From Candidatus Microgenomates bacterium (GTDB taxonomy: Bacteria; Patescibacteriota; Microgenomatia; JACQLA01), in NCBI GenBank assembly GCA_016204255.1, contig JACQLA010000003.1, positions 250,088 to 309,928 on the forward strand: a stretch of 59,841 nt of DNA, given 5' to 3'. Below are positions 17,321-26,742 of the stretch, piece by piece (the first letter of the stretch is position 1; each line of letters begins with the position of its first letter). The notes beneath the pieces are model-generated. The model was not told the origin of the DNA and made no database searches. It saw only the letters and a program-made list of their open reading frames with translations. Position numbers and translations under genes: made by a program.

Positions 17321-18750
17321 TAAATCACCTCTTTCTGTTGATCTTTTTTTGCCTCACCTAACTGACATTTAACTCCGATTTCCTTACCCCAAACTTCCGC
17401 TGCTGCTTTTTCCAAAAGCTCGCGGGTTTTCGGATCTTCCAAACGATCTTTATGAAATTTAAAGTTCGTTGCAATGGTTAGGATTTTACCATTAAAATCT
17501 ACGGGTTGACAACCTCTCAAAATTCCCGCCAGTGTGTGATTATGGTTTTGTGTTGCTTTAATGACTTGGGGCCAAATTTCCAAAAGTTCCCCTTTTGGTG
17601 CCGCTGAAGTTTTTTTGGGGTTTTTCATTTCCGACATTTCTATAATCTTTTTAGGAAGATTGCCATCTTCCTCCCCGACGGCCGCCTTAAAAGTTGGCTT
17701 TTCGGATTGTACAGATGGTAAGTCGCAATATTCAATTACTGCTATCTCCAATGGCAGTTGGGGAATAATAGCGGTTTTAAGCTCCTGATACACCCGGGAA
17801 AAAATCTCAATTAGCTTAATCAGTTCTTCCTTTGTGAAAATTTCAGCTGGGCCACTTTCCTCTGCTTCCACCCCGATTTTTACCATCAAAATTCTATGCA
17901 GCTGGGATAGGATTTTTTCGGTATAAACTTGTAAATTTATCCCCTCTTTTACCAAAAGGGCAACTTCTGATACTGCTTTTTTTGAGTCCCTTTGTCCTAA
18001 AATTTTAATTAATTTGCCTGGGTCTAGATTATTAGTATCACCCAAAATTTCTTTAATTCGTGTCGAAGTAATCTCTTCTCTTAAAAGAAAAGCTTGTTCT
18101 AAAATTTTGGCCGCCTCGCGAAAACTTCCGTCTGCTCCCCGGGCAATTTCCATCAAGGCGTCCTTTTCAACTTTAACTTTCTCCCCGTGACTCATTCTTT
18201 CAAGAGAACGAATAATATCTTCTTCCGTCGCTCTTTTAAAGTCAAACCTTAAGCAACGGGAAATAACAGTTTGAGGTAATTTATGAACTTCGGTGGTACA
18301 TAAAACGAAAATTGCATGCGAAGGCGGCTCTTCCAGCATTTTCAGAAGCGCATTAAAAGCTTCTATCGTAAGCATATGCACCTCGTCAATGATATAAACT
18401 TTAAATTTAGCGCCGCTGGGAGCAAGTTTTATTTTTTCTCTTAGGTCGCGAATTTCGTCAATTCCCCGGTTGGAAGCGGCATCAATTTCAAACACATCAA
18501 GATTTCTTCCTTCAGTAATTGAAGTGCACATCAGACACTCATTACACGGCTCTCCTTTTTTCTTTTTTAAACAATTAACGCTTTTGGCGACAATTCTTGC
18601 TGCCGAAGTTTTCCCCAAACCACGGGGTCCGGTGAAAAGAAAAGCATGAGGAAAACTGTCAGAATCCAAAATAGCGCTTAAGTTTTTGCGGATGGGACCC
18701 AAATCTAACTCTTCTATTTTTTGGGGGCGATATTTACGATAAAAAACCAT
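17320..18750 (-). CDS. dnaX: DNA polymerase III subunit gamma/tau
   Basis: YRKYRP, GPRGLGKTS, EIDAASNRGID, IIDEVHML and SRC motifs. Confidence 0.97.
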   Translation of the reverse strand: MVFYRKYRPQKIEELDLGPIRKNLSAILDSDSFPHAFLFTGPRGLGKTSAARIVAKSVNCLKKKKGEPCNECLMCTSITEGRNLDVFEIDAASNRGIDEIRDLREKIKLAPSGAKFKVYIIDEVHMLTIEAFNALLKMLEEPPSHAIFVLCTTEVHKLPQTVISRCLRFDFKRATEEDIIRSLERMSHGEKVKVEKDALMEIARGADGSFREAAKILEQAFLLREEITSTRIKEILGDTNNLDPGKLIKILGQRDSKKAVSEVALLVKEGINLQVYTEKILSQLHRILMVKIGVEAEESGPAEIFTKEELIKLIEIFSRVYQELKTAIIPQLPLEIAVIEYCDLPSVQSEKPTFKAAVGEEDGNLPKKIIEMSEMKNPKKTSAAPKGELLEIWPQVIKATQNHNHTLAGILRGCQPVDFNGKILTIATNFKFHKDRLEDPKTRELLEKAAAEVWGKEIGVKCQLGEAKKDQQKEVI

Positions 18751-18872
18751 AAAATCCTGATTTATCCTAATATTTACTCCGAATGAATTCTAATTGTACT
18801 ACACTTTACAGCTTGTATAATGTATCCATTATTCGGATATATTCGGATTAATGTTGTGGGATTAATTCGTAT

Positions 18873-19256
18873 CTATTCCTCATGATGAATACCCAAAAGA
18901 TGTAACATTCCGTGTTTGACCAAAGTCTTAATCTCCTCATCAACCAAAACATTATTTTCGGCAGCATTCTTTACTACCTGAGGGTAGGAAATAACTACAT
19001 CTCCTAAATGTAAAACATTATCAGGAGGGTTTATAAAATCACCTGCTTCCAGACTGAACGATAAAACATCTGTTGTCTCATCCTTTTGGGCATATTTTTT
19101 ATTAAGATCCCTCATTTTCCGGTCGCCCACGATTGAAACATTAACTTCGGTTTTTCTTTTAATCCCTTGTTCTGATAAGATCTCTTCCACTGCCTCACGA
19201 ATTGCCTTACGGTTAACCGAGTAGCGAGATTCTTTGTAAATTAAAACATTGGCCAT
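18873..19256 (-). CDS. ybeY: rRNA maturation RNase YbeY
   Basis: TTDVLSF, LGDVVIS and HGMLHLLGIHH motifs. Confidence 0.95.
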   Translation of the reverse strand: MANVLIYKESRYSVNRKAIREAVEEILSEQGIKRKTEVNVSIVGDRKMRDLNKKYAQKDETTDVLSFSLEAGDFINPPDNVLHLGDVVISYPQVVKNAAENNVLVDEEIKTLVKHGMLHLLGIHHEE

Positions 19257-19259
19257 AAA

Positions 19260-19697
19260 CTATTTTCCCAGTTCTTCTTTCACAATCCTTGATACCACCG
19301 AACCATCCGCCTGCCCCCGGAGCTTTGCCATTGCCTGCCCCATTAACTTGCCGAAATCAGTTATCCCCGTAGATTTAATTTCCCCAACCGCTTTTCTAAT
19401 TTCTTCCTCACTCAAAGAAGCCGGCAAAAAAGCCTCAAGGATTTTTTTCTCATCTTCCTCTTTTTGGGCAAGCTCCGCCCGCCCGCCTTTTGTGTAAGCC
19501 TCAATCGCTTCCTGGCGAAGCTTTACTTCTCTTCTTAAAATAACTATTGTCTCTTCTTCCGAAAGATCGTGGCCTTTGGCAATTTTTTCATTTTGCAAAG
19601 CCGACAAAAGAAGCCGCAAGGTAGAAGTTCTAATCCCCTCCTTGTTTTTTAAGGCCTGATTTAAATCCTGGCGAATTTTATCAATAAATGCCGCCAT
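19260..19697 (-). CDS. yqeY: GatB/YqeY domain protein
   Basis: REVKLRQEAIEAYTKGGR and FGKLMG motifs; follows rpsU. Confidence 0.92.
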   Translation of the reverse strand: MAAFIDKIRQDLNQALKNKEGIRTSTLRLLLSALQNEKIAKGHDLSEEETIVILRREVKLRQEAIEAYTKGGRAELAQKEEDEKKILEAFLPASLSEEEIRKAVGEIKSTGITDFGKLMGQAMAKLRGQADGSVVSRIVKEELGK

Positions 19698-19885
19698 TAA
19701 CTTCTTGGCCCTCGTTTTATTTTTCTTTCCCGTTCTTCTCTTTCCTCTTTGCGCCGCTCAGAGGGTTTTCGATAGAATTCTCTTTTTTTAAGATCAGTCA
19801 AAATTCCTTCAGACGCCACCTTTCTACCGAATTTGCGTATTAAAGAATCCGCCGGTTCTCCTGGTTTTGCAACTACTTTAATCAT
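19697..19885 (-). CDS. rpsU: 30S ribosomal protein S21
   Basis: KREFYRKPSERRK motif. Confidence 0.95.
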   Translation of the reverse strand: MIKVVAKPGEPADSLIRKFGRKVASEGILTDLKKREFYRKPSERRKEEREERERKIKRGPRS

Positions 19886-19935
19886 TAAGTAAAAACACCC
19901 CCTCCCTGATGGGACGAAATCTTCTTTCCTCTATC

Positions 19936-20265
19936 TTAAATTTTCCGATGAGCATCGATTCCTCCCATTAAATGAACATGTAAGTGATTTACCAATTTGG
20001 CGCTTCCGCCATTAATAACCAAACGATAAGCTGAGAGATTATTTTTTTCAACCAATTCTTTTACCATCCGAATCATCTCTTCGAAAATATTTTCTTCTAC
20101 TTTTTTAAAAGCCATCAAATCCTCAATATGTTTTTTAGGTACGATTAGAAGATGCAGTGGCGCCACTGGATTAATATCCGGAAAAACCATTACATTTTTA
20201 CTCTCCGCAGTAAACTTTTTAGATATTTTTCCTTGCGCGATTTGGCAAAAAACACAATCTTCCAT
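19936..20265 (-). CDS. HIT-family nucleotide hydrolase
   Basis: CVFCQI and HLHVHLMGG motifs. Confidence 0.93.
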   Translation of the reverse strand: MEDCVFCQIAQGKISKKFTAESKNVMVFPDINPVAPLHLLIVPKKHIEDLMAFKKVEENIFEEMIRMVKELVEKNNLSAYRLVINGGSAKLVNHLHVHLMGGIDAHRKI

Positions 20266-20270
20266 AAATA

Positions 20271-21125
20271 TTAAATATTTTTAAAAATCTTCATCACCTG
20301 ATCTAAGCTCAATTTCGTTGGTTTCATGCCCGGATTTTTGGACGAGCCATTCAAAAGTAAACATTTGCTTTGATGTAGAAACCAAGTCGCTTCCGGATCG
20401 CTCTTTTTCAATTCCTCATAGACCGGGGTTAAATCTACCCCCCGATCATTGCGGGCATAAATTCTTACCCAGCCTTTTCGCGGATCCTTTCGGATCACAA
20501 TTGAAAACCCCTTTTTCTCTCCCGCTTCTAAAACCGCATCATTCTCCACTTCAAAGGCCAATGCATCACCCCATTTGGTAGAAAATTGTATTCCTTCCTC
20601 TAAGGTTTTTTCCGCCTGAATCTTAATACGCAAACCTAAATAAACGCCCTCAAAGGCAGTCATCCCGAAATCTACCAACTCCGGGTCAGTGAAATTGGAT
20701 TGCTTTTTAAGCCCATCGATAATGGAGTTTAGCGAAAACTCATACCGATCAGTTTGAGACTCGGACCAGTGAATATAATTCCCCCTGTCCGCATCGACTA
20801 CGACATCAACAAGTCTTGCCAGAGCTTCGTTATTTTCAATTTTTTCGCTTTCAGTCTCTAAATCTTTAAAAACCAGAGAGCAGGCCGGTGCCAGTTTTGC
20901 GTCCTGATGGTGGTCGAATTTCCCCAAGCCCGTGTCTACATGAACAATATCCGGATTGCTATCTACCGGTTCATCATTTAGGGTTTTACCGGCGCCGACA
21001 AATTTAACCTCGGCATCTGCCCAACTTACATCTTTTTTTACAATCGGCCAAAATTTTCTGATCAACCAAATACAGCAAAGCGCATCAAGGTCAGGATTAA
21101 AATGAGTAACAATAATTTTTGCCAA
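20271..21125 (-). CDS. DHH/MYG1-like phosphoesterase-fold protein
   Basis: IVTHFNPDLDALC and GKFDHHQD motifs. Confidence 0.7.
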   Translation of the reverse strand: MAKIIVTHFNPDLDALCCIWLIRKFWPIVKKDVSWADAEVKFVGAGKTLNDEPVDSNPDIVHVDTGLGKFDHHQDAKLAPACSLVFKDLETESEKIENNEALARLVDVVVDADRGNYIHWSESQTDRYEFSLNSIIDGLKKQSNFTDPELVDFGMTAFEGVYLGLRIKIQAEKTLEEGIQFSTKWGDALAFEVENDAVLEAGEKKGFSIVIRKDPRKGWVRIYARNDRGVDLTPVYEELKKSDPEATWFLHQSKCLLLNGSSKNPGMKPTKLSLDQVMKIFKNI

Positions 21126-21262
21126 TTTTTATCATCTCTTTCTTTATTTATTGTCTTCCTATTTTAACTTTTTTCCTGCTTATTGACAAGTCGAAAAACC
21201 AAAATTGGGAATTGGACAACTGGGTCTTGACAAAGATTTTTTTTCTTGTTATCGTGATTTAT

Positions 21263-21595
21263 ATGGCAATTTTTAGACTTATTTTTTCTCCTAAAATCGC
21301 CGCTATTTTAAGCACTGTCATTCTCGCTTTCGCATTAGTTTTATCAATTCCTCGACAGTCAGTGGCCCAATTTCCTCCTTTACCAACTTCTACCCCCACT
21401 CCGACTTTAGCTTCCTTACCCTTAACCGGAGGAACAACGCCTGCAACACCAACAGCAACTGTTACTAAAGCGCCAGCCGCAACTACGCCCGTTGCCGGAA
21501 ATGCTCTACCAACCTTTACCATCTTCGGCATCGCCGTGATTTTTCTGGTCGGCGGATTCCTATGGCAGCTTAAGACCCCGCAAAAAGTTTCCTAA
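21263..21595 (+). CDS. Small exported protein with a Pro/Thr linker and C-terminal anchor
   Basis: Signal peptide, PTSTPTPT linker, then PVAGNALPT + TM helix + basic tail; probable start at the second Met. Confidence 0.7.
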   Translation: MAIFRLIFSPKIAAILSTVILAFALVLSIPRQSVAQFPPLPTSTPTPTLASLPLTGGTTPATPTATVTKAPAATTPVAGNALPTFTIFGIAVIFLVGGFLWQLKTPQKVS

Positions 21596-21678
21596 AATTC
21601 CCTAGCACCAAATCAATTTTTCCTTCTTGAAAAATGTGAATCTTTGTCGTAAAGTCTCATTGAATTTGATGGAGAAAA

Positions 21679-22425
21679 ATGGTCAAAGAACAAGATAAAA
21701 CTTTCTCAAAAGAATATCTTTTAGCTTCAATTACTAAGGAAGAAGGGGCGCTTAACGACGAAGTAGAAACTTTCCAGCAAAGTCTTGGAGAATTTGAGGG
21801 TGACGGCGCTGAGGAAGGTGATCCTTTTCAAAGCTTTGTCACCCTAGGTTTGTTAGGAGTTGAGGAGGCTAAATTTTCTCGACAAAAAGTTCTTCTTCTT
21901 TTAGGTAAGGCAGAAAAAATTGCTACCAGTGAATGGTTGGTTGCCAATCCCATTCAGCAAACAGAAAGAATCTCTACTATAATTCCTCCCACTCTCCAAT
22001 CAACTATTAGTAGACTTGCAGCCAGTATAAAAACAGAGCCGAATGCTGTTTTGGAAGCGGCAATTCAAACGCATGTATTAATGGGAAGTATTCGTGAAAA
22101 CGGGCCGACTTTTTTAAGACTTGGCGGAGGGCCGGAGGGAATTAAACTAACACATAAACTCGCTCAGATTATTACCCCCGATGGTAAGCTTGAACCGGTA
22201 GCGACCGGATACGTGCTTGAATACTATACTTTGTTCATCGCTATGGTAAAGGGTGCTCCTATTCCTTTGTATTTACGGATGTCTCACAGCGAACCCGAAA
22301 GTCTCGATTTTGATCATGTTTTCCCCCGAGTCCTATTTTTTGCAAAACATGTTAGAAAGAAAAAACAGCAGGATGTTACCCCGGCCAGTAATCAAGAAAC
22401 TGAATCACCGCAGGAAATATCTTAA
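21679..22425 (+). CDS. Hypothetical protein
   Basis: ORF track; no motif recognised. Confidence 0.65.
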   Translation: MVKEQDKTFSKEYLLASITKEEGALNDEVETFQQSLGEFEGDGAEEGDPFQSFVTLGLLGVEEAKFSRQKVLLLLGKAEKIATSEWLVANPIQQTERISTIIPPTLQSTISRLAASIKTEPNAVLEAAIQTHVLMGSIRENGPTFLRLGGGPEGIKLTHKLAQIITPDGKLEPVATGYVLEYYTLFIAMVKGAPIPLYLRMSHSEPESLDFDHVFPRVLFFAKHVRKKKQQDVTPASNQETESPQEIS

Positions 22426-22892
22426 ATTGACGGTGCGAGAAGTTGATCATTTTGAGCCATTTTTTCCCTTTCAACTCCCATCGCTTTCAGTGTTTTTGAT
22501 GCAGCTCCCGTTCGCTCCATAATTAACCCTCCCAAGAGATGATGTGGTTCAACAGTTGTGGATCCCGACCGCTGAGCCTCAAATTTTGCGATCTCAATGG
22601 CCCGTTTAACCGCTCCAGAAGGAACAACGACTACGCCATTCCTCAATCTCTGACCATTTTTACCCTTACTACTACTGGAGCCGTTTTCAAGAACGAAACG
22701 TAAATGATCCGGGTCAATATTGAGTCCAGATAAAAAGCGGATTATGGTTGGATGATAGCTTAATTGGAAAAGTAAATCAGGGGTGCTAAAAGTGATCTGA
22801 CCTAATGCTTCTGCCCGATGCAAAGTCGCTGATAAAATCTTTTCACTATCTGCAGAAAGATTTAATCCGTTTCTGTGTTCTTTTTCTCCCAC
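22422..22892 (-). CDS. Stand-alone Clp N-terminal (Clp_N repeat) domain protein
   Basis: Two AxxxAxxLG..HLL repeats (STPDLLFQL; AKFEAQRSGSTTVEPHHLLGGL). Confidence 0.8.
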   Translation of the reverse strand: MGEKEHRNGLNLSADSEKILSATLHRAEALGQITFSTPDLLFQLSYHPTIIRFLSGLNIDPDHLRFVLENGSSSSKGKNGQRLRNGVVVVPSGAVKRAIEIAKFEAQRSGSTTVEPHHLLGGLIMERTGAASKTLKAMGVEREKMAQNDQLLAPSI

Positions 22893-22932
22893 TAATCATA
22901 GATTAACCGATTTTCTAAGAAGATATCAATAT

Positions 22933-23208
22933 TTAGTTCGCTTTCTCGCCTGTTTGCAGATGGCCTTCGGTCATTGCAAGTAAAGACCCCATCTCCTTAA
23001 GAAGTTTTTTGGCGTGGCTTCGGCTCATACCGATTCTAGCAACAATCCTTGCCTGATTTGAAGAACCGAGTTTCTGGCAAATATCCAAAACCAATCCATC
23101 CTCGTTAGTAGTCATCAGAATATTATCAGTGTAAAGAATTGGAGTGGTATCTAAATTGACATTGATTGACATTTGCGGTGGTAAATCTTGCTGTTTACGA
23201 TTACTCAA
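22933..23208 (-). CDS. DUF3467-like protein
   Basis: PILYTDNI..VLDICQ..IVARIGMSRSHAKKL pattern. Confidence 0.75.
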   Translation of the reverse strand: MSNRKQQDLPPQMSINVNLDTTPILYTDNILMTTNEDGLVLDICQKLGSSNQARIVARIGMSRSHAKKLLKEMGSLLAMTEGHLQTGEKAN

Positions 23209-23214
23209 GTTTTA

Positions 23215-23658
23215 TCACCTCCGACCTTTATACCCATTACCGTTGCCCTCATGAACCGTAAGCGATTTAAAACACTTATGAACTCTTTGTACATTTTCTA
23301 AATTTTCTCCGTATAAAACTACATGTCTTTGTTTAGGAAATTGTGCTCTCATCACCCTTTTTTGCTTTGCTTTACGATCTTCTCCTTTATTACCTCTTAA
23401 CGCTGTAGTAATTTCTACGTAAATACCTCTACCCGTTAGTGTGTTTAAAATATAAAAATCCGGTCTTGTCCCCTCAAGTTTACCATCTCCATTTGTGTAT
23501 TCAAAAGCGGTGGGCTCATAAGTTAATTTTAAATTGGGGCGTTCAGTTTTTAAAAAAAGCGCGAAATCTCGCTCGACGGGATTCATTTGATCCCTCCATC
23601 TTCTTTTATCACCAGCCACCTCTACGGCGATCGCGCTTTCAGCTGTGTTTCTTACCAT
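23215..23658 (-). CDS. Putative PD-(D/E)XK-fold nuclease-like protein
   Basis: YEPTAFEY..TRPDFYI..IYVEITT pattern. Confidence 0.55.
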   Translation of the reverse strand: MVRNTAESAIAVEVAGDKRRWRDQMNPVERDFALFLKTERPNLKLTYEPTAFEYTNGDGKLEGTRPDFYILNTLTGRGIYVEITTALRGNKGEDRKAKQKRVMRAQFPKQRHVVLYGENLENVQRVHKCFKSLTVHEGNGNGYKGRR

Positions 23659-23705
23659 AAGATAACCCTATCTTACATCTATTTTATTTTTTTTCAATTA
23701 GTAAT

Positions 23706-24731
23706 TTATTTACCAAAGTGGAGGCGATAAAAAGCGGTATTTCGGGAAACAACAGTAGACCAATTGCCTTTAGAAAAATTATGGTCCTCGCCCGGATAAG
23801 TGAAATAAGTGATGCCTTTATTCAAATCCTTAAATTTTACCGCTAAATCATCCGACCATTTTTGAGGAACTGCCTCATCCTGGCTTCCCTGATGCAGCTG
23901 AATTGGTGCCTCAATCCAATCAAAAAAATTGGTGAGCGAATATTTTTCCACATCATAATCTTTTTCAAAATCCGCAACTACTTTTCGCAGCATTTTCCCG
24001 TGATCATCAAAATCATCGGTGTAATAAAGAATGGAGTAAGGAAATGGTTTTGAAACCGGAGCCCAAAGAACTGTCGGATAGTTCTTGCCGCTGATTTCCA
24101 AAACCGATAGACTTATTTGTCCGCCATTACTGTGTCCCCAAATACCGACCTTTTCCGGATCAACTTTAATATTAGTGCTTATCGGACTTAAAGCTTGGCT
24201 TATATTTTTAATCGAGGCAAGAAGTGTCAAGGCGGTAGTGTACGTTTGCAATCTTTCTTCGATTGGATTTGTGGAAGGCGGGTCAGACTGGCCGTATCCC
24301 AAAAAATCCGGCGCCAAAGTGATAAAACCCGCTTGGGCAAAAACTTCGCCAGCATGTTTAGTTCCATCACCGGTTGAATATTTCTCCCGATCGATATAAC
24401 CGCGAAACATGACAATTAGCGGATAAACCCCTTCCTTTTTGGGAATATTTAAAAGTCCGCTGACCTTTTTGGAGTCAACAGTATAATAAAACATGTATGA
24501 ACTGTAATCTTTTTCATCTTTTAGAATCTGCCCAATAGTAATTATACCCGGATCAAATTGTTTAGATTTCAAATTTTCAAACGCGTATTTTTCTAAAGGT
24601 TTTTCTTTAATCTCCTGGACTTTACGTCCAACGGGGCTAATAATATCCCCACCTTTCTCATTAAAAAAGAAAAAGTAAGCGCCGGCGGCAAAAAGGAAAA
24701 TAATAAATATTGAGAGAGCTGCCTCTTTCAT
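23706..24731 (-). CDS. Membrane-anchored alpha/beta hydrolase (S9-like)
   Basis: LAPDFLGYG, GIWGHSNGG nucleophile, LHQGSQDEAVP and GEDHNF motifs. Confidence 0.9.
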   Translation of the reverse strand: MKEAALSIFIIFLFAAGAYFFFFNEKGGDIISPVGRKVQEIKEKPLEKYAFENLKSKQFDPGIITIGQILKDEKDYSSYMFYYTVDSKKVSGLLNIPKKEGVYPLIVMFRGYIDREKYSTGDGTKHAGEVFAQAGFITLAPDFLGYGQSDPPSTNPIEERLQTYTTALTLLASIKNISQALSPISTNIKVDPEKVGIWGHSNGGQISLSVLEISGKNYPTVLWAPVSKPFPYSILYYTDDFDDHGKMLRKVVADFEKDYDVEKYSLTNFFDWIEAPIQLHQGSQDEAVPQKWSDDLAVKFKDLNKGITYFTYPGEDHNFSKGNWSTVVSRNTAFYRLHFGK

Positions 24732-24780
24732 TGATTACTATTCTATCAAACTTAAGAATTTATTGCGGCGCTTCGCGCAT

Positions 24781-24829
24781 AGACTTCTCACGGAGTTTAC
24801 ACCGAGTGACGAATGTGTTCAAAATGACG
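24781..24829. repeat. Degenerate right arm of the CGTC-type REP
   Basis: AGACTTCTC..TTCAAAATGACG. Confidence 0.55.
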
Positions 24830-24864
24830 AAATTTTGACGTTCCGTTTCCCTCAATAACTACGT

Positions 24865-25255
24865 GTCATTTCGAAGGATTCGGCAAAGCCGAAGACTGAG
24901 AAATCTAGCATAGCGCAATTTGATAAGATTGATTAACAGTGAAAAGATATTTTGTTTATATTATTACCAATTACGAAAATAACGTTTTCTACACCGGCAT
25001 AACTAATAATTTAGAAAGAAGAATATGGAAACATCAGAATGGTTTCATTAAGAACTCTTTTTGTGTAAGATATAGGCTTTACAAACTAATCTGGTTTGAA
25101 GAATTTTCCCACCCCTCTGAAGCAATTAATGCTGAAAAGAAGGTTAAAGATATGAGGCGAGAAAGAAAGATTAATATTATTAAAGCTTTTAATCCGAAAT
25201 TTAAAGATTTATCTGCGCTTCGCTAGATTTCTCGCCCTACTGGCTTCGAAATGAC
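24865..25255 (+). mobile_element. GIY-YIG gene enclosed by bipartite inverted repeats (candidate autonomous REP-associated element)
   Basis: GTCATTTCGAAG (24865-76)..GAGAAATCTAG (24898-908) / CTAGATTTCTC (25223-33)..CTTCGAAATGAC (25244-55); the 12-bp and 11-bp arms match perfectly. Mobility is inferred, not shown. Confidence 0.6.
24939..25226 (+). CDS. Small stand-alone GIY-YIG nuclease
   Basis: YFVYII..FYTGITNNLERRIWKH..EAINAEKKVK; the stop codon lies inside the right repeat arm. Confidence 0.92.
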   Translation: MKRYFVYIITNYENNVFYTGITNNLERRIWKHQNGFIKNSFCVRYRLYKLIWFEEFSHPSEAINAEKKVKDMRRERKINIIKAFNPKFKDLSALR

Positions 25256-25264
25256 GCGCTGGTT

Positions 25265-26689
25265 TCAATATGCCTGCCCGAAAAGCCAGCGGTGAACCGC
25301 ATCTTTACCGCAGTAAATACACTTTCCGTTTTCCTCCGGTGAATCAAGAGGCAAACATCTTGTTGTTGCTTTAGTTTCTTCCTTAATTTTTTCTTCGCAT
25401 TTAGGATCTTCGCACCAAAAAGCCCGAATAAACCCACGTTTGCTACTCATAACCTTTTTAAAATCTTCATAGTTTTCAACGTCTAAGGTATTTTCCTCTA
25501 AAAATTTTCGGGAACGATTTAGTAAGTTTGTTTGAATTTCTTCCAAAAGTTTTTTAACAGTTTGCAAAACATCTTCATTGCCAACCTTTATCTTTTCTCC
25601 GTTATCGCGTCGCACAATAAGAACCTCTTCTGTTTCAATTTCTTTCGGTCCAATTTCCAAACGAATTGGTACTCCCTTTAATTCCCACTCATTGAATTTC
25701 CGTCCTGGGCTTTGTTCTTCCCGATTATCAAGCTTAACTCTTATTCCCTCTTCTTCAAGATTCTTTTTAAGATCTTCGCAAGCCCTAGCACTTTCTTCAA
25801 TTTTGCCGGAACCAATTATTGGAATAATCACTACCTGAATTGGAGCAATTTTTGGCGGCAGAATCAGCCCTCGTTCATCCCCGTGTTCCATAATCATTGC
25901 TCCCACCGAACGCGTTGCTAGACCCCAAGAAGTTTGCCAAACATACTCCCGTTTGCCGTTTTTATCCTGAAACATTACCTCGAAAGCCTTGCTGAAATTT
26001 TGCCCCAAATCGTGCGAGGTACAACCCTGCAAAACTTTACCATCCGGCATTAACATTTCAAAAGTATAAGTATTTAACGCGCCGGCAAACTTTTCTTTCT
26101 GAGACTTCATCCCCGCATAACCGGCAATTGCTAAAGTTTCCTCGTATAATTTTTGATACATTTTTAAAGCGCGGAAAACTTCTTCTAAGCTCTCTTCATG
26201 AGTAGCGTGGGCAGTGTGTCCCTCCTGCCATAAAAACTCAGTTGTCCGCAAAAATAAATAAGGTCTTTTTTCCCAACGAACAACGTTACACCATTGATTG
26301 ACTTTTAAAGGCAACTCCCGCCAGGAGGAAATCCATTTTGCAAAAGCGCTATAAATCACGGTTTCGGAAGTCGGCCGCAAAACCAAAGGTTCAGCCAGCT
26401 TTTCTCCGCCGCCGATGGTGACAACCGCCAGCTCCGGAGAAAAACCCTCAAGATGTTCTTTTTCTTTTTTTAAGAATTTTTCCGGAATAAAAAGAGGAAA
26501 ATAAGTATTGGGAACACCGGCTTTTTTTATTTCCTCATCAAGCTCTTTTTGAATCGCTTCCCAGAGAGCATATCCGTAGGGGCGGAAAATCATTGTCCCC
26601 CGCACCGGGCCGTAATCGGCAAGCTCCGCTTTTAAAACGACTTCATTATACCAGCCGGAAAAATCCTCATCTTTTTGAGAATAGCGCAT
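25265..26689 (-). CDS. proS: Proline--tRNA ligase (archaeal/eukaryotic type)
   Basis: LRPTSET, FLRTTEFLWQEGHT, SHDLGQNFSKAF and C-terminal FGQAY motifs. Confidence 0.97.
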   Translation of the reverse strand: MRYSQKDEDFSGWYNEVVLKAELADYGPVRGTMIFRPYGYALWEAIQKELDEEIKKAGVPNTYFPLFIPEKFLKKEKEHLEGFSPELAVVTIGGGEKLAEPLVLRPTSETVIYSAFAKWISSWRELPLKVNQWCNVVRWEKRPYLFLRTTEFLWQEGHTAHATHEESLEEVFRALKMYQKLYEETLAIAGYAGMKSQKEKFAGALNTYTFEMLMPDGKVLQGCTSHDLGQNFSKAFEVMFQDKNGKREYVWQTSWGLATRSVGAMIMEHGDERGLILPPKIAPIQVVIIPIIGSGKIEESARACEDLKKNLEEEGIRVKLDNREEQSPGRKFNEWELKGVPIRLEIGPKEIETEEVLIVRRDNGEKIKVGNEDVLQTVKKLLEEIQTNLLNRSRKFLEENTLDVENYEDFKKVMSSKRGFIRAFWCEDPKCEEKIKEETKATTRCLPLDSPEENGKCIYCGKDAVHRWLFGQAY

Positions 26690-26742
26690 ACAAACTAGTT
26701 TATCACAAAGAGGAATTTCTTAGCAACGAAAGGAAGTATTGT

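Noticed and set aside
17320-17800. dnaX programmed frameshift producing gamma
   Set aside because: A-runs exist, but I found no A-AAA-AAG plus stimulatory hairpin and nearby stop arrangement.
18770-18870. Short ATTCGGA/TCCGAAT repeats upstream of dnaX
   Set aside because: Too short and few to distinguish from chance in AT-rich intergenic DNA.
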